Assembly (NCBI GenBank): GCA_030690945.1
Contig: JAUYFM010000064.1
Span: forward strand, 91,072-155,071
Reading direction: 5' to 3'
Origin: Smithellaceae bacterium
Lineage (GTDB): Bacteria > Desulfobacterota > Syntrophia > Syntrophales > Smithellaceae
Length of the DNA stretch: 64,000 nt
Shown piece after piece: positions 26,313 to 36,490 of the stretch. The notes under the pieces are model-generated. The model did not search any database. It had not been told where the DNA came from and saw only the letters and a program-made list of their open reading frames with translations. Position numbers and translations under genes: made by a program. How positions within the stretch are numbered: the stretch's first letter is position 1; the number at the start of each line of letters is the position of its first letter.

Positions 26313-28970
26313 CTAATGTGCTTCATCCCAGTTCTTGCCGGCTGCAATCTCCACTCGCAGCGGCACTTTAAGGTTGATGACTTCTTCCATTTCTTTTTTG
26401 ACCAGTTGCATGACTTCTTGTTTTTCCTGAACCGGCGCTTCGACAACCAACTCGTCATGCACCTGCATGATCAGGCGGGCGGAGAGTTTTTTCTCCCACA
26501 GCAGATGATCAATGTTGACCATCGCCACTTTGATCAAATCCGCTGCGGAACCCTGGATGGGCGCGTTAATGGCCATGCGTTCGGCAAACTGGCGGACGGA
26601 AGGAATCTGACTTTTTAATTCCGGCAGGTAACGGCGGCGGTTCAAGAGTGTGCAAACATAACCATCGCGCTTTGCGCCGTCTAAAATGCTATCCAGATAG
26701 GTGCGCACTTTTTTATAACGGGCAAAGTAGCCGTCAATGTAAATCTGCGCGGTTTTCTGCGGAACGCCCAGTTCCCTGGCCAAACCGAACGCACTCATAC
26801 CATAAAGAATGCCAAAGTTGATGACTTTGGCCTGCCGGCGCATATCGGCGTTGACCATTTGCGGAAAGACACCGAAAATGTCGGAGGCGGTACGGCTGTG
26901 AATATCTTCATCGAAGGCGAAGGCCTCAAGCAGTGATTCGTCTTGAGACAGGTGCGCCAGCACTCTGAGCTCAATTTGCGAATAATCGGCGGAGATCAAA
27001 ACGCAATCGGGTGCGGCAATAAAGGCCTGGCGGATTCTTTTTCCCTCCAGTGTCCGAATGGGAATATTCTGCAAATTGGGATTGCTGCTGGAGAGCCTGC
27101 CGGTGGCCGCCACGGTCTGGTTGTAGGATGTATGAATCCTGCCGGTTTGCGGATGAATCAAAGCGGGCAGCGCATCCACATATGTGGATTTGAGTTTAGC
27201 AAGGCTGCGGTAAGCTAGAATCTCGGCGGGTAGCTCGTGGCTTCGGGCCAAGTCGCTCAAAACATCCACATCCGTGGAATATCCTTCTTTTGTTTTTTTG
27301 CCCTTGGGAAGGTTGAGCTTTTCAAAAAGAATCGTCTGCAATTGTTTGGGGGAGTTGATGTTGAACTTTTCTCCGGCCAGACGATGAATCTTTTCTTCGG
27401 AGAAAGACAGCAATTGACCCAGTTCCTCGGACATCTGCTTCAAAAGGGCGGTATCCACCAATACGCCTTTTTTCTCCATCGCGGCCAGCGTAAACAGCAG
27501 CGGCATTTCCACATCGTTGTAGAGTGAAGTCGCGCCTGCCTCTGCGAGTTTTCCTTTCAGCACCGGAGCAAGCGCCAGAATCGCGGCGGTTCGCTGTCCC
27601 GCATAGGCAGCCATCTTGTCCACGGGCACCAGCGCCAGCGGATAAGTTTTCCCCTTGCCGCCCGCCACATCGTTGGGCGCGGGAATTCGCTCGCACAGAT
27701 ATTCCCAGGCTACTTCATCGAGCTCATAGGAATGCCTGGCCGGATTGAGCAGATAAGCGGCTAACTGCAAATCAACGTCCGCCTGAATGTCCAGATTCTG
27801 CAGGCCGACGAGCGCCGTTTTTAAATCGTAAGCATATTTTTTAATTCCGGGATTCGCAAAAACAGGCGCCAGTGCGGAAAAAACGTCTTTTGTCGTTAAT
27901 TGCATTCCAGCATTGGTATGACCAAGCGGAATGTAAAAGGCTTCACCGCTCGCGTTGATGCTTAACCCGATTAATTCCTGCGGAGGATTTTTCTCCCAAA
28001 TGATTTCGCAGGCGATTTCAGCGCTGCTTTGCAGCCTGACAACCAGTTCCGAAAGCTTTGCGCTATCCGCGATAACGCTACAGTCTTTAATCGGCTTGAT
28101 GGCGTTTGTTTTAATTTGTTGTAGCAATGAGGAAAATTCAAATTCACTGAAGAGCCTGGTCAATAATTCGTTGTCCGGTTCTTTGCGCGCTGCATCATGA
28201 AGGTCAAAATCAATGTCCACGTCTGTACGAATCAGCGCCAATTGACGGCTGAGCCTGGCCTGTTCGGCGTGTTTGCGGAAACTCTCGCGCAGCTTCACAT
28301 TATGTAGCTTCTCCGCGTTTTCAATAACCGCTTCTACCGAACCATATTCTTCAATGAGGCGATGCGCCGTTTTCGGGCCGATGCCCGGCACACCGGGAAT
28401 GTTGTCGGACGTATCGCCCATCAACCCCAGAATTTCCACCACCTTGTCGGGGCCGACGCCGAATTTCTCTTTCACCGCCGCGACGTCGTAGATTTTGTCT
28501 TTCATCGTATCGACCATCGTGACAGAGTCGGAAACCAGCTGCATCAGATCTTTGTCGCCGGAGATGATGGCCGTGCGCCATCCTTTTTCGCTGGCCCGAA
28601 CGGTGAGCACTCCGATCAAATCGTCGGCCTCAATACCCTGTTTTTCTAAGAGGCAAATCGAAAAACCCCGGACAACATCTTTGATGGACGGAATCTGAGG
28701 GATCAGATCATCGGGCATGGGTTTGCGCGTCGCTTTATAATCCCCAAACTCCCCATGGCGCGTGGTCGGGCCCTTGAGATCAAATGTCACGACAACATAG
28801 TCCGGCGCGAGGTCACGCAAGAGCTTCATGAGCATGGTGGTGAACCCGTAAATGGCGTTAGTGGGAAAGCCCTTGGAGTTGGTCAGCACGGGAATGCCGT
28901 AGTAGGCGCGGTAAATATAATTGCTGCCGTCCACCAGGGCCAGCAGAGGTTTTTTGATTTGTTCAGTCAT
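26313..28970 (-). CDS. polA: DNA polymerase I
   Basis: 5'-3' exonuclease (VDGS, EADD, GDKD, GDTSDNIPGV); polymerase motifs DYSQIELR, KVINFGILYG, QVHDEL. Confidence 0.98.
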   Translation of the reverse strand: MTEQIKKPLLALVDGSNYIYRAYYGIPVLTNSKGFPTNAIYGFTTMLMKLLRDLAPDYVVVTFDLKGPTTRHGEFGDYKATRKPMPDDLIPQIPSIKDVVRGFSICLLEKQGIEADDLIGVLTVRASEKGWRTAIISGDKDLMQLVSDSVTMVDTMKDKIYDVAAVKEKFGVGPDKVVEILGLMGDTSDNIPGVPGIGPKTAHRLIEEYGSVEAVIENAEKLHNVKLRESFRKHAEQARLSRQLALIRTDVDIDFDLHDAARKEPDNELLTRLFSEFEFSSLLQQIKTNAIKPIKDCSVIADSAKLSELVVRLQSSAEIACEIIWEKNPPQELIGLSINASGEAFYIPLGHTNAGMQLTTKDVFSALAPVFANPGIKKYAYDLKTALVGLQNLDIQADVDLQLAAYLLNPARHSYELDEVAWEYLCERIPAPNDVAGGKGKTYPLALVPVDKMAAYAGQRTAAILALAPVLKGKLAEAGATSLYNDVEMPLLFTLAAMEKKGVLVDTALLKQMSEELGQLLSFSEEKIHRLAGEKFNINSPKQLQTILFEKLNLPKGKKTKEGYSTDVDVLSDLARSHELPAEILAYRSLAKLKSTYVDALPALIHPQTGRIHTSYNQTVAATGRLSSSNPNLQNIPIRTLEGKRIRQAFIAAPDCVLISADYSQIELRVLAHLSQDESLLEAFAFDEDIHSRTASDIFGVFPQMVNADMRRQAKVINFGILYGMSAFGLARELGVPQKTAQIYIDGYFARYKKVRTYLDSILDGAKRDGYVCTLLNRRRYLPELKSQIPSVRQFAERMAINAPIQGSAADLIKVAMVNIDHLLWEKKLSARLIMQVHDELVVEAPVQEKQEVMQLVKKEMEEVINLKVPLRVEIAAGKNWDEAH

Positions 28971-28994
28971 AAATAATTCCGATTCTAGATTAAA

Positions 28995-29654
28995 TCAGTG
29001 CGCACTTGCACGCTGGTATTCCTTGGCCGACTCCCGATATTCTTTACGCATGTCTTTGCCCATCTTGCGCCACTTGTCCATCTCCGATCCCATGTTTCTG
29101 GCTTTATATTCCGCGTAAATACCGAGGAGCGCAAAGATCACACCGATAATGCCGAAAACCAGCCACGCTTTTTGCGACGGCAGATTGTGTACATGAATGC
29201 TCGCTGCCACCAGGTAAAAAACATAGATGGCCATAGTCATAAGACCGCCGGCATAGGGCACTACGCCGATAATCCCGGTGATGGGAGCCAGAGCCATCAG
29301 ATAAGCACCGCAACGATAGGCTGTTTCATAGTTTTCCTGCGAACCCATCAATTTCCAGATAACAAGTAGTATGGCAGCGCCAATAAAGCTACCGATAGCG
29401 GCGACAATCGGCATAAAGATAATAACAACAAAGCTACCCATCATGGCTCCGCCATAACCTCCGGCATGACCCAGACCGATGAAACCCAGTATCGCCTGAA
29501 TGATACCGGCAATGAAACCCATGATGACAACAAAAGCAAGCGGATCCAGAAATCCGCCGGTTTTAGGCATTCCCCTGAAAAAACCAGCGGGGTTTGCGAC
29601 GACGTTCACCGCCGTCTGCGGTATGGCTGCAAAATTATTGTCCTTCGGTTCCAT
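28995..29654 (-). CDS. YIP1-family membrane protein
   Basis: P.GFF..MPK.GG..PL.F N-terminus and five hydrophobic segments. Confidence 0.7.
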   Translation of the reverse strand: MEPKDNNFAAIPQTAVNVVANPAGFFRGMPKTGGFLDPLAFVVIMGFIAGIIQAILGFIGLGHAGGYGGAMMGSFVVIIFMPIVAAIGSFIGAAILLVIWKLMGSQENYETAYRCGAYLMALAPITGIIGVVPYAGGLMTMAIYVFYLVAASIHVHNLPSQKAWLVFGIIGVIFALLGIYAEYKARNMGSEMDKWRKMGKDMRKEYRESAKEYQRASAH

Positions 29655-29715
29655 CTTTTCGTCTTCCTTTTCTTATTTCAAGATTTCTCCGTGCGATCGA
29701 TGTAACATTGGCAAC

Positions 29716-30162
29716 TTACATATCGAAGGAGGCATCAATCTTAAACGTTCTGACCGCCCGCATATCCAGAATATCCGTTACGCCGGTTTTTTCCTTAACA
29801 TTTTTGAGAAAGTCCGCAAGTTCTTCGGCGGTCCCGGCGCTCGCTGTAAACCAGATGTTGTATTCGTGATTGCGACGGTAATTATGTGTGACGCCTTTAT
29901 TGGCGTTTACGGTCTGAACAAAGATGTCTATTTTATCTTCCGGCACACGCGCAGCGCACAAGGTGCTCACGCGCCCGAGCTTTACCCCGTCAAACACTGC
30001 TCCAATGCGGCGAATAATTCCTTCATCCTTCATTTTCTGAATACGGGCAAGCGCTTCGTCTTCGTTGATACCGCACCGCTCGGCTACAATCAAAAACGGC
30101 CTTTCCTCAAGCGGAAATTCTTTCTGCAGAATATTGAGTATTTTTTTATCAATAGCGTCCAT
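29716..30162 (-). CDS. ahbA: Sirohaem decarboxylase subunit (Lrp/AsnC-like; AhbA/NirD type)
   Basis: LQKEFPLEERPF, GIIRRIGAVFD, STLCAA, GVTHNYRR.HEYNIWFT; directly after ahbD. Confidence 0.85.
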   Translation of the reverse strand: MDAIDKKILNILQKEFPLEERPFLIVAERCGINEDEALARIQKMKDEGIIRRIGAVFDGVKLGRVSTLCAARVPEDKIDIFVQTVNANKGVTHNYRRNHEYNIWFTASAGTAEELADFLKNVKEKTGVTDILDMRAVRTFKIDASFDM

Positions 30163-30163
30163 A

Positions 30164-31615
30164 CTATTTTTGTTCATAAAGACACAGCGGCTCCTCTGAT
30201 AAGTAATCTCCCGTCGCCTCATACGCGCGTGCGCGACAGCCGCCACAGACCTTGATAAACTCACAGCGGCCGCACTTGCCGCCGTATTTGCCATAGTCAC
30301 GGAGATTCCGAAACACTTCGGAGTTTTCCCAAACCTCGCCGAAACTCTGCTCTTGCACATTGCCGCAATTAAGCTCCAGATAGCCACAAGGCTGCACCTG
30401 GCCTACATGGGAAATAAAGCAAAACGTGATGCCCCCCAGACACCCCCGGGTGGACTCATGAAAGCGGCCACCCGTTTTTTTCGCAGGCGCCGCTCCCTTT
30501 ATCTTGTTCTGATGCATGATGCGGAAGTAGTGCGGCGCGCAGGTGGCTTTGAGTTGTATTTCACAAGTCCGGCTTTCCTGATGAAACCACATCAGTGTTT
30601 CTTCATAATCGGCGGCGGTAATGGCCTGCTGGGCCAAATCCTTGCCCCGACCTGTCGGCACGAGCAGAAAGATATGATGCGCCGCCGCACCCATCTTCAG
30701 CGCCAGATCATGAATGTCTTTGATCTGGTGCAGGTTGGCCGTGGTGATCGTCGTGTTGATTTGGAACTCCATCCCCACCGACTTCATTGCTTCAATGCCC
30801 CGCATCGCGCCTTCAAACGCGCCGGGCTCGCCGCGAAAAGAATCATGGCTTTCTGCGTCTTTGCCATCAATACTGATGCTGACTCGCTGGATCCCGCTTT
30901 CGATCATCTTCCGCGCGGTCGGCTCATCCACAAGCGTACCGTTGGTCGCCATGACCATGCGTAAACTCTTACTGGTTCCATAAGCGGCAATCTCAAAAAT
31001 ATCCGGCCGCAATAGAGGCTCGCCGCCGGTCAGAATAATGACCGGCTGATAATTTTTCGCGATATCGTCAATGAGCCGCAGGCATTTTTCCGTGGATAAT
31101 TCCCCCGGATAAGGGCCGCGGTGAGACGCGGCACGGCAGTGGACACAGTTCAGATTGCAACTGCGCGTCACTTCCCACGCGATCATGCGAACCGAATTAT
31201 CCCGCCCCTGCATACCCTTCAGAATAGAAGTGGGGAGGCAAAGACCGGCGGATGCCGGTGGCTTGGGGGAGTGTGATAGCTTTTCCATGATAGTTTCCAA
31301 TACACCTTCAATGTTCCGTAGAACATCATTATTCCAAAATCTTAATACTTTGAAGCCTTGTCCGGTAAGCCATTTATCTCTTTCCTCATCTTTCTGAGTG
31401 TCTATCGCATGCTGGCCACCATCCAGTTCAATGATCAGTTTCTTTTCAAATGAAACAAAATCAACGATATAATTGCCAATGGGCTGTTGTCTCCGGAATT
31501 TTATATTCCCCAGTTGTTTTGATCGCAGTTTTTTCCATATTAATTTTTCAGCATCCGTTTGGTTGACCCGCAAATTCTTGGCTAATTGAGTTAAATTAGA
31601 TTTGATCTGTTTCAA
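30164..31615 (-). CDS. ahbD: In-frame fusion: N-terminal DUF559 endonuclease plus radical-SAM haem b synthase AhbD (AhbD alone could start at ATG 31213)
   Basis: aa 1-112: TDAEK.IW..LR, KFRRQQPIG.YIVDF, IELDGGQH, VLRFWN; then IAWEVTRSCNLNCVHCRA, KATCAPH, RGCLGG and SPASM cysteines. Confidence 0.88.
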   Translation of the reverse strand: MKQIKSNLTQLAKNLRVNQTDAEKLIWKKLRSKQLGNIKFRRQQPIGNYIVDFVSFEKKLIIELDGGQHAIDTQKDEERDKWLTGQGFKVLRFWNNDVLRNIEGVLETIMEKLSHSPKPPASAGLCLPTSILKGMQGRDNSVRMIAWEVTRSCNLNCVHCRAASHRGPYPGELSTEKCLRLIDDIAKNYQPVIILTGGEPLLRPDIFEIAAYGTSKSLRMVMATNGTLVDEPTARKMIESGIQRVSISIDGKDAESHDSFRGEPGAFEGAMRGIEAMKSVGMEFQINTTITTANLHQIKDIHDLALKMGAAAHHIFLLVPTGRGKDLAQQAITAADYEETLMWFHQESRTCEIQLKATCAPHYFRIMHQNKIKGAAPAKKTGGRFHESTRGCLGGITFCFISHVGQVQPCGYLELNCGNVQEQSFGEVWENSEVFRNLRDYGKYGGKCGRCEFIKVCGGCRARAYEATGDYLSEEPLCLYEQK

Positions 31616-31625
31616 TGGTTTTTCA

Positions 31626-31830
31626 CCCCTTCCCTAACCCTCCCCCCTCAAGGGGGAGGGAACTAAAGGGCTGAACTTTCCATTGCGCTCTTAACAATAT
31701 ATAATACCCTCTCACTAACCCTCTCCCATCGAGGGAGAGGGTGTTAAAGCATTAAACCTCTTATTGAACTCTAACAAAATACAACTATTTTTTATCTCCC
31801 CTCCCCTCGTGGGAGGGGTAGGGGGAGGGG
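31626..31830. repeat. Three CCCT..CTAACCCTCTCCC-N-GGGAGAGGG-type palindromic repeats (31626-31660, 31707-31741, inverted 31798-31830)
   Basis: Seen directly between hemB and the DUF559 start. Confidence 0.85.
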
Positions 31831-31837
31831 CAGCCCT

Positions 31838-32812
31838 TCACTTATTCAACACCTGCGCGAGTTGTTTCGCCCAGTAAGTAATGATAATGTCCGCACCGGC
31901 TCTTTTGATGGCGGTGAGGCTTTCCATCATGGCTTTTTCTTCATCCAGCCAGCCCAGCTGTGCCGCGGCTTTGATCATTGAATATTCTCCGCTGACGTTA
32001 TAAGCGGCCAGCGGCAAATCAAATTCCTGCCGGGCACGATAGATGACATCCAGATAAGCGAGCGCGGGCTTGACCATGATGATGTCCGCCCCTTCCGAGA
32101 CATCCAGCGATATTTCCCGAATAGCCTCATCAGCATTGGCCGGGTCCATCTGATAAGATTTGCGGTCGCCAAACTGTGGCGCGCTTTCGGCGGCCTCCCG
32201 GAAAGGTCCGTAAAACGACGAGGCATATTTCGCGGAATACGCCATAATGGGAATATCTTCCAGTGCGTTCTCATCGAGCGTCTCCCGGAGAGCAGCGATC
32301 TGCCCATCCATCATGGCCGAGGGCGCAACCATGTCCGCGCCGGCTTTGACCTGTGACAGGGCTGTTTCCGCCAGCACTTCGAGCGTCATGTCGTTTTGCA
32401 CCTGACCTTTTTCCAGGATGCCACAGTGGCCATGACTGGTGTATTCGCAGAGGCAGACATCCGTGATCACAAGCATTTCGGGAACTTCATTTTTTATTCG
32501 TTTGACCGCCTGCTGCACAATGCCGTCTTTGGCAAAAGCGCCGGTGCCTGATTCGTCTTTTTTGGCCGGAATGCCGAAGAGCAGCACGGCCGGGATTCCC
32601 AGTTCAAAAGCGTCACGCGCTTCTTTGGCGATATAATCCACCGACAGTTGAAACTGGCCGGGCATTGAATTAATCGGCTTTTTCACGCTCTTGCCGGGAA
32701 CTGCAAACAGCGGATAGACCAGATCATCCACGCTCAAATTTGTTTCGCGAACCAGACGCCTCAGGTTTTCATTTTTTCTCAATCTGCGTCCTCTATATTC
32801 AGGAAATTGCAT
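31838..32812 (-). CDS. hemB: Porphobilinogen synthase
   Basis: [36 protein letters not shown]. Confidence 0.98.
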   Translation of the reverse strand: MQFPEYRGRRLRKNENLRRLVRETNLSVDDLVYPLFAVPGKSVKKPINSMPGQFQLSVDYIAKEARDAFELGIPAVLLFGIPAKKDESGTGAFAKDGIVQQAVKRIKNEVPEMLVITDVCLCEYTSHGHCGILEKGQVQNDMTLEVLAETALSQVKAGADMVAPSAMMDGQIAALRETLDENALEDIPIMAYSAKYASSFYGPFREAAESAPQFGDRKSYQMDPANADEAIREISLDVSEGADIIMVKPALAYLDVIYRARQEFDLPLAAYNVSGEYSMIKAAAQLGWLDEEKAMMESLTAIKRAGADIIITYWAKQLAQVLNK

Positions 32813-32815
32813 AAT

Positions 32816-34003
32816 CTAGTCCTCCTTTTTGGATATTTCTTCATCCGTCAGATAACAGGCGGGATCCGGCCCCCAGACATCGCCTGCCGATTCCGCTCGC
32901 GCCCGGAAGTTGCCACCGCAGACCGTAAGCCACAAGCACGCGGCACAGCGGCCGTGAACATGTTTTTTCTTGTCCTTCAACTTCATCAAGAGCTCATTTT
33001 TTTCATCCGTCCAGATCTCGCCAAACGGTTTTTGACGGACATTGCCCAGAGGCTGGTTGCGCCAGAACTGATCGGGATAAACTTCACCATCCCAGCTGAC
33101 GCAGCCGATGCCGTGGCCGGAACTATTGCCCTCATTCATTTCCAGGAGTTCCAGCACTTCTTTGGCCCGTTCGGGATTTTCCTCTTTCATTTTCAAATAC
33201 AGGTAAGGCCCATCAGCGTGATTATCGACGGTAAGGATTTCCGGCGACAGGCCGTCATCAAACATCTGTCTGGTCTTGGCCGCAATCATATCGATCAGCT
33301 TACGCGTTTCTTCGTGGGTCAAATCCTCTTCGCGCAGCTTGGAGCCGCGGCCGGTGTAAACCAGATGATAGAAACACATCCGTTCAATTTTTTCCTCTCT
33401 AAGCAGACCGAACATATCCGGCACATCGGCCAGGTTATGTTTATTGACCGTGAAGCGGATACCGACTTTGATGCCCGCTTCACGGCAATTTCTCATGCCT
33501 TCGATTGCTCCAGCAAACGCGCCCTTCTTCCCCCGGAATCGGTCGTGCGTTTTTTCCAGACCGTCAAGGCTTACGCCAACATAGGAAAGACCAATCTTTT
33601 GGAGTTTGACCGCAATTTCTTTGGTAATGAGCGTGCCATTGGTGGAAATGACCGCGCGCATGCCCTTGCCCGTCGCATACTGCGCCAGTTCCAGCAGGTC
33701 CTGCCTGAGCAGCGGTTCGCCGCCGGAAAACAAGATCACCGGCGCGCCGAAGGCCGCCAGATCATCGATGAGCCTTTTACCTTCATCCGTCGTCAACTCA
33801 TCGGGATAGTCGATGTCGGCGGAATTGGAATAGCAGTGGATACATTTCAAATTGCAGCGGCGTGTCATGTTCCAGACCACCACCGGTTTTTTATCCACCG
33901 AAAATTGCAACAGGTGCGAAGGAAGCGATCCGGAATGCCGGTTGTAGCGCAGCACATCGGAGGGCTCCACCGCCCCGCAATATAACTTGGAAATACCGAT
34001 CAT
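32816..34003 (-). CDS. ahbC: Radical-SAM 12,18-didecarboxysirohaem deacetylase
   Basis: MIGISKLYCG, KKPVVVWNMTRRCNLKCIHCY, TVDNHADG, CGGNFRARA, DPACYL. Confidence 0.92.
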   Translation of the reverse strand: MIGISKLYCGAVEPSDVLRYNRHSGSLPSHLLQFSVDKKPVVVWNMTRRCNLKCIHCYSNSADIDYPDELTTDEGKRLIDDLAAFGAPVILFSGGEPLLRQDLLELAQYATGKGMRAVISTNGTLITKEIAVKLQKIGLSYVGVSLDGLEKTHDRFRGKKGAFAGAIEGMRNCREAGIKVGIRFTVNKHNLADVPDMFGLLREEKIERMCFYHLVYTGRGSKLREEDLTHEETRKLIDMIAAKTRQMFDDGLSPEILTVDNHADGPYLYLKMKEENPERAKEVLELLEMNEGNSSGHGIGCVSWDGEVYPDQFWRNQPLGNVRQKPFGEIWTDEKNELLMKLKDKKKHVHGRCAACLWLTVCGGNFRARAESAGDVWGPDPACYLTDEEISKKED

Positions 34004-34022
34004 ATCACTCCCCACTCGCCAT

Positions 34023-35567
34023 TCAGGATGATTTTTCTTGCACATCATTGACCAGGGATTGCACCAGTCCCTCCATGGTGTATTCTTCCTGAGAAATATT
34101 AATTTGAAATCCTGCTTTTTTTGCGGTGGCCGCCGTTACCGGGCCAATACAGGCTATTTTTATATTGGGTGGCAACGCATAATCGGCGCCCATAATTTCG
34201 ACAAAGTTGGTCACTGTTGATGAGCTGGTAAAGGTGATCACATCCACTTCGCCCGCGTTGATCCATTCCGCCAGTTCTTCTTTTTTCCGGCCGGAATTAA
34301 CGGTCTGGTACGCCGTGACCACCTCAACTTCCGCGCCCTGTTTTTTCAGAGTTTCCGGCAGAACGTCGCGGGCCCTGCAGGCTCGCGGGATCAGAATTCT
34401 CTGTCCCGATAAATTCATCGATGCAAACGACTTCAGAATACCTTCGGCGATAAACTCGTCCGGCACCAAATCCACCCGAATGCCTTTGGCTTCAATCTGC
34501 CGGGCCGTCGCCGGACCGATGCAGCAGATTTTTATCCCCTTGAGGTCGCGAACGTCCCTGCCCTTTTCCCGCAGGCGCTCAAAAAAGAAATGCACGCCGT
34601 TGGCGCTGGTAAAAATCAACCATTGGTAGGATTCCAATTGACCAATGGCTCTGTCCAGCTCGCTCCAGTCTGAAGGCGGCTCAATGCTGATGGTTGGAAA
34701 AGCGAGAGGAGACGCCCCCTGAGCCGCCAGCAGCCTTGCCAGATCATCCGCCTGCCTTTGAGGCCTGGTGATAACCACGCCCTTGCCGAACAGTGGCTTT
34801 GAGTCAAACCAGCGTAGCTGGTTTCGCAAATCGACAACCTGGCCTACAACCAGAATGGCGGGAGGCTTGAAACTGCTGGCTTGTGCCAGATCAACAATGC
34901 TAGCCAGCGCGCCAGTGATTATTTCCTGCTGCGGCGTCGTACCGCGGCGAATCAACGCCGCCGGCGTGCCAGGCAACTTACCGTGTGAAATCAATGCCTT
35001 GGTAATCTGCCCGAGGTTTTTCACCCCCATCAGAAAAACCAGCGTACCGATTCCGCACAAAGCCTGCCAGTCGATGTCGCTTTTATCCTTGGTTGGATCT
35101 TCGTGGCCGGTAATGAAAGCTACCGTGGACGTCAGCCCCCGATGCGTGAGCGGTATGCCCGCATAAGCCGGCACCGCAATAGCCGACGTCACGCCGGGAA
35201 TTAATTCAAAGGGCACACCCTGGGCTACCAGTACTTCGGCCTCTTCACCGCCACGTCCGAAAATAAAAGGATCGCCGCCCTTGAGACGGGCAACGGTGTT
35301 GCCGACCAAGGCTTCTTTGGCCAAAAGCTCGTTGATCTTGTCCTGCGATAGTGTGTGATCGCCGCCCTTTTTACCCGCGTAAATGAAACGGGCATGCTCC
35401 GGCGCGTATTTCAGCAGTTCTTCATTCACCAGATTATCGTAAATAACTACGTCGGCCAGACGCAAAGCCTCAACAGCCTTCAGCGTGATCAACCCCGCAT
35501 CCCCCGGCCCCGCGCCGATGATATAGACTTTTCCCGGTTTTGTTTTTTCTATCATAGCTTTCAGCAC
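34023..35567 (-). CDS. cobA: Uroporphyrinogen-III C-methyltransferase / uroporphyrinogen-III synthase fusion (CobA-HemD)
   Basis: GAGPGD, RLKGGDPFIFGRGGEE; C-terminal ITRP, FTSANGV, IGPAT, FTSSSTV. Confidence 0.95.
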   Translation of the reverse strand: MLKAMIEKTKPGKVYIIGAGPGDAGLITLKAVEALRLADVVIYDNLVNEELLKYAPEHARFIYAGKKGGDHTLSQDKINELLAKEALVGNTVARLKGGDPFIFGRGGEEAEVLVAQGVPFELIPGVTSAIAVPAYAGIPLTHRGLTSTVAFITGHEDPTKDKSDIDWQALCGIGTLVFLMGVKNLGQITKALISHGKLPGTPAALIRRGTTPQQEIITGALASIVDLAQASSFKPPAILVVGQVVDLRNQLRWFDSKPLFGKGVVITRPQRQADDLARLLAAQGASPLAFPTISIEPPSDWSELDRAIGQLESYQWLIFTSANGVHFFFERLREKGRDVRDLKGIKICCIGPATARQIEAKGIRVDLVPDEFIAEGILKSFASMNLSGQRILIPRACRARDVLPETLKKQGAEVEVVTAYQTVNSGRKKEELAEWINAGEVDVITFTSSSTVTNFVEIMGADYALPPNIKIACIGPVTAATAKKAGFQINISQEEYTMEGLVQSLVNDVQEKSS

Positions 35568-36475
35568 ACCAGATTCAAAAGTTTTTTGCCGCCTTTTTCC
35601 ATGATCATGTCGGCCAATCTTTTGCCTAATTCTTCCGCCTCGGCAATTTCTCCTCTGACTTTGTCCCGACAGATGCTCGCGCCATTAGGCGCGGCCACCA
35701 GGCCTTCCAGTGAAAGCTCTTTGCCTGCAAGCTTGCCTAACGCCGCAATCGGCAGACGGCACCCGCCACCCAATGCTCTAAGATACGATCTCTCCGCTGT
35801 CACTTCCGCGGCAGTCGCCGCATGGTTGAGTTTCGCCAGAACATTGGCCAATTCGGAATCTGCCTTTCGTATCTGCAAACCCAGCGCGCCCTGACCAACT
35901 GCCGGCAGCATCAATTCTATCGGCAGATACTGCGCAATTTTTTCCATGTACCCCAGCCGCTTCATACCCGCCGCCGCCAAAATAATGCCTGTAAGATTTT
36001 CAGTTTCAATTTTTTTCAGGCGCGTGTCGATATTGCCGCGCAGGGGCACAATGGTGACATCAGGCAGCATCGCCTTGATCTGAGCGCCTCGCCTGAGTGA
36101 CCCGGTGCCGATTTTCGCGCCCCTGGGCATAAATTCCATCTTGATGTTGCCGCGTGACACCAGAATATCGCGCACATCCTCTCGCGGCAACATGGCCGCA
36201 AATGTCAGGCCATCCGGGGTTTCGCCGGGCACATCCTTCATGCTGTGCACGGCCAGATCGATACTGCCCGAAAGCAGCGCTTCCTCAATTTCCTTAACAA
36301 ACACACCCTGGCCGCCGATTTGTAGAAGCGACACATCCTGCATGATGTCGCCGCTGGTTTTGATCACACAGATCTCGGCTGTTATGTCCGGGGCTATTTT
36401 TTTTATACTTTCCAAAACAGAATTCGTCTGCGCCAGCGCCAGCTTGCTGCCTCTTGTTCCAATTTTGATGTTCAT
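35561..36475 (-). CDS. hemC: Hydroxymethylbilane synthase
   Basis: GTRGSKLALAQ, AVHSMKD, RGNIDTRL, GGC..PI. Confidence 0.97.
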   Translation of the reverse strand: MNIKIGTRGSKLALAQTNSVLESIKKIAPDITAEICVIKTSGDIMQDVSLLQIGGQGVFVKEIEEALLSGSIDLAVHSMKDVPGETPDGLTFAAMLPREDVRDILVSRGNIKMEFMPRGAKIGTGSLRRGAQIKAMLPDVTIVPLRGNIDTRLKKIETENLTGIILAAAGMKRLGYMEKIAQYLPIELMLPAVGQGALGLQIRKADSELANVLAKLNHAATAAEVTAERSYLRALGGGCRLPIAALGKLAGKELSLEGLVAAPNGASICRDKVRGEIAEAEELGKRLADMIMEKGGKKLLNLVC

Positions 36476-36490
36476 ACAACTCCCTATTTT

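Noticed and set aside
30163-30387. N-terminal extension of the AhbA ORF (track start 30387); likewise the extension of the FAD oxidoreductase from 50652
   Set aside because: They overlap upstream genes in another frame; family similarity begins at 30162 and 50880
31626-31830. Possible mini CRISPR array
   Set aside because: The third unit is inverted, units are degenerate and the spacers resemble each other; this fits REP-like repeats
32807-33985. Long antisense ORFs (392 aa here; also 51971-53116, 49894-50826, 29500-30255, 36105-36872)
   Set aside because: They are shadows of well-supported genes on the opposite strand and carry no motifs
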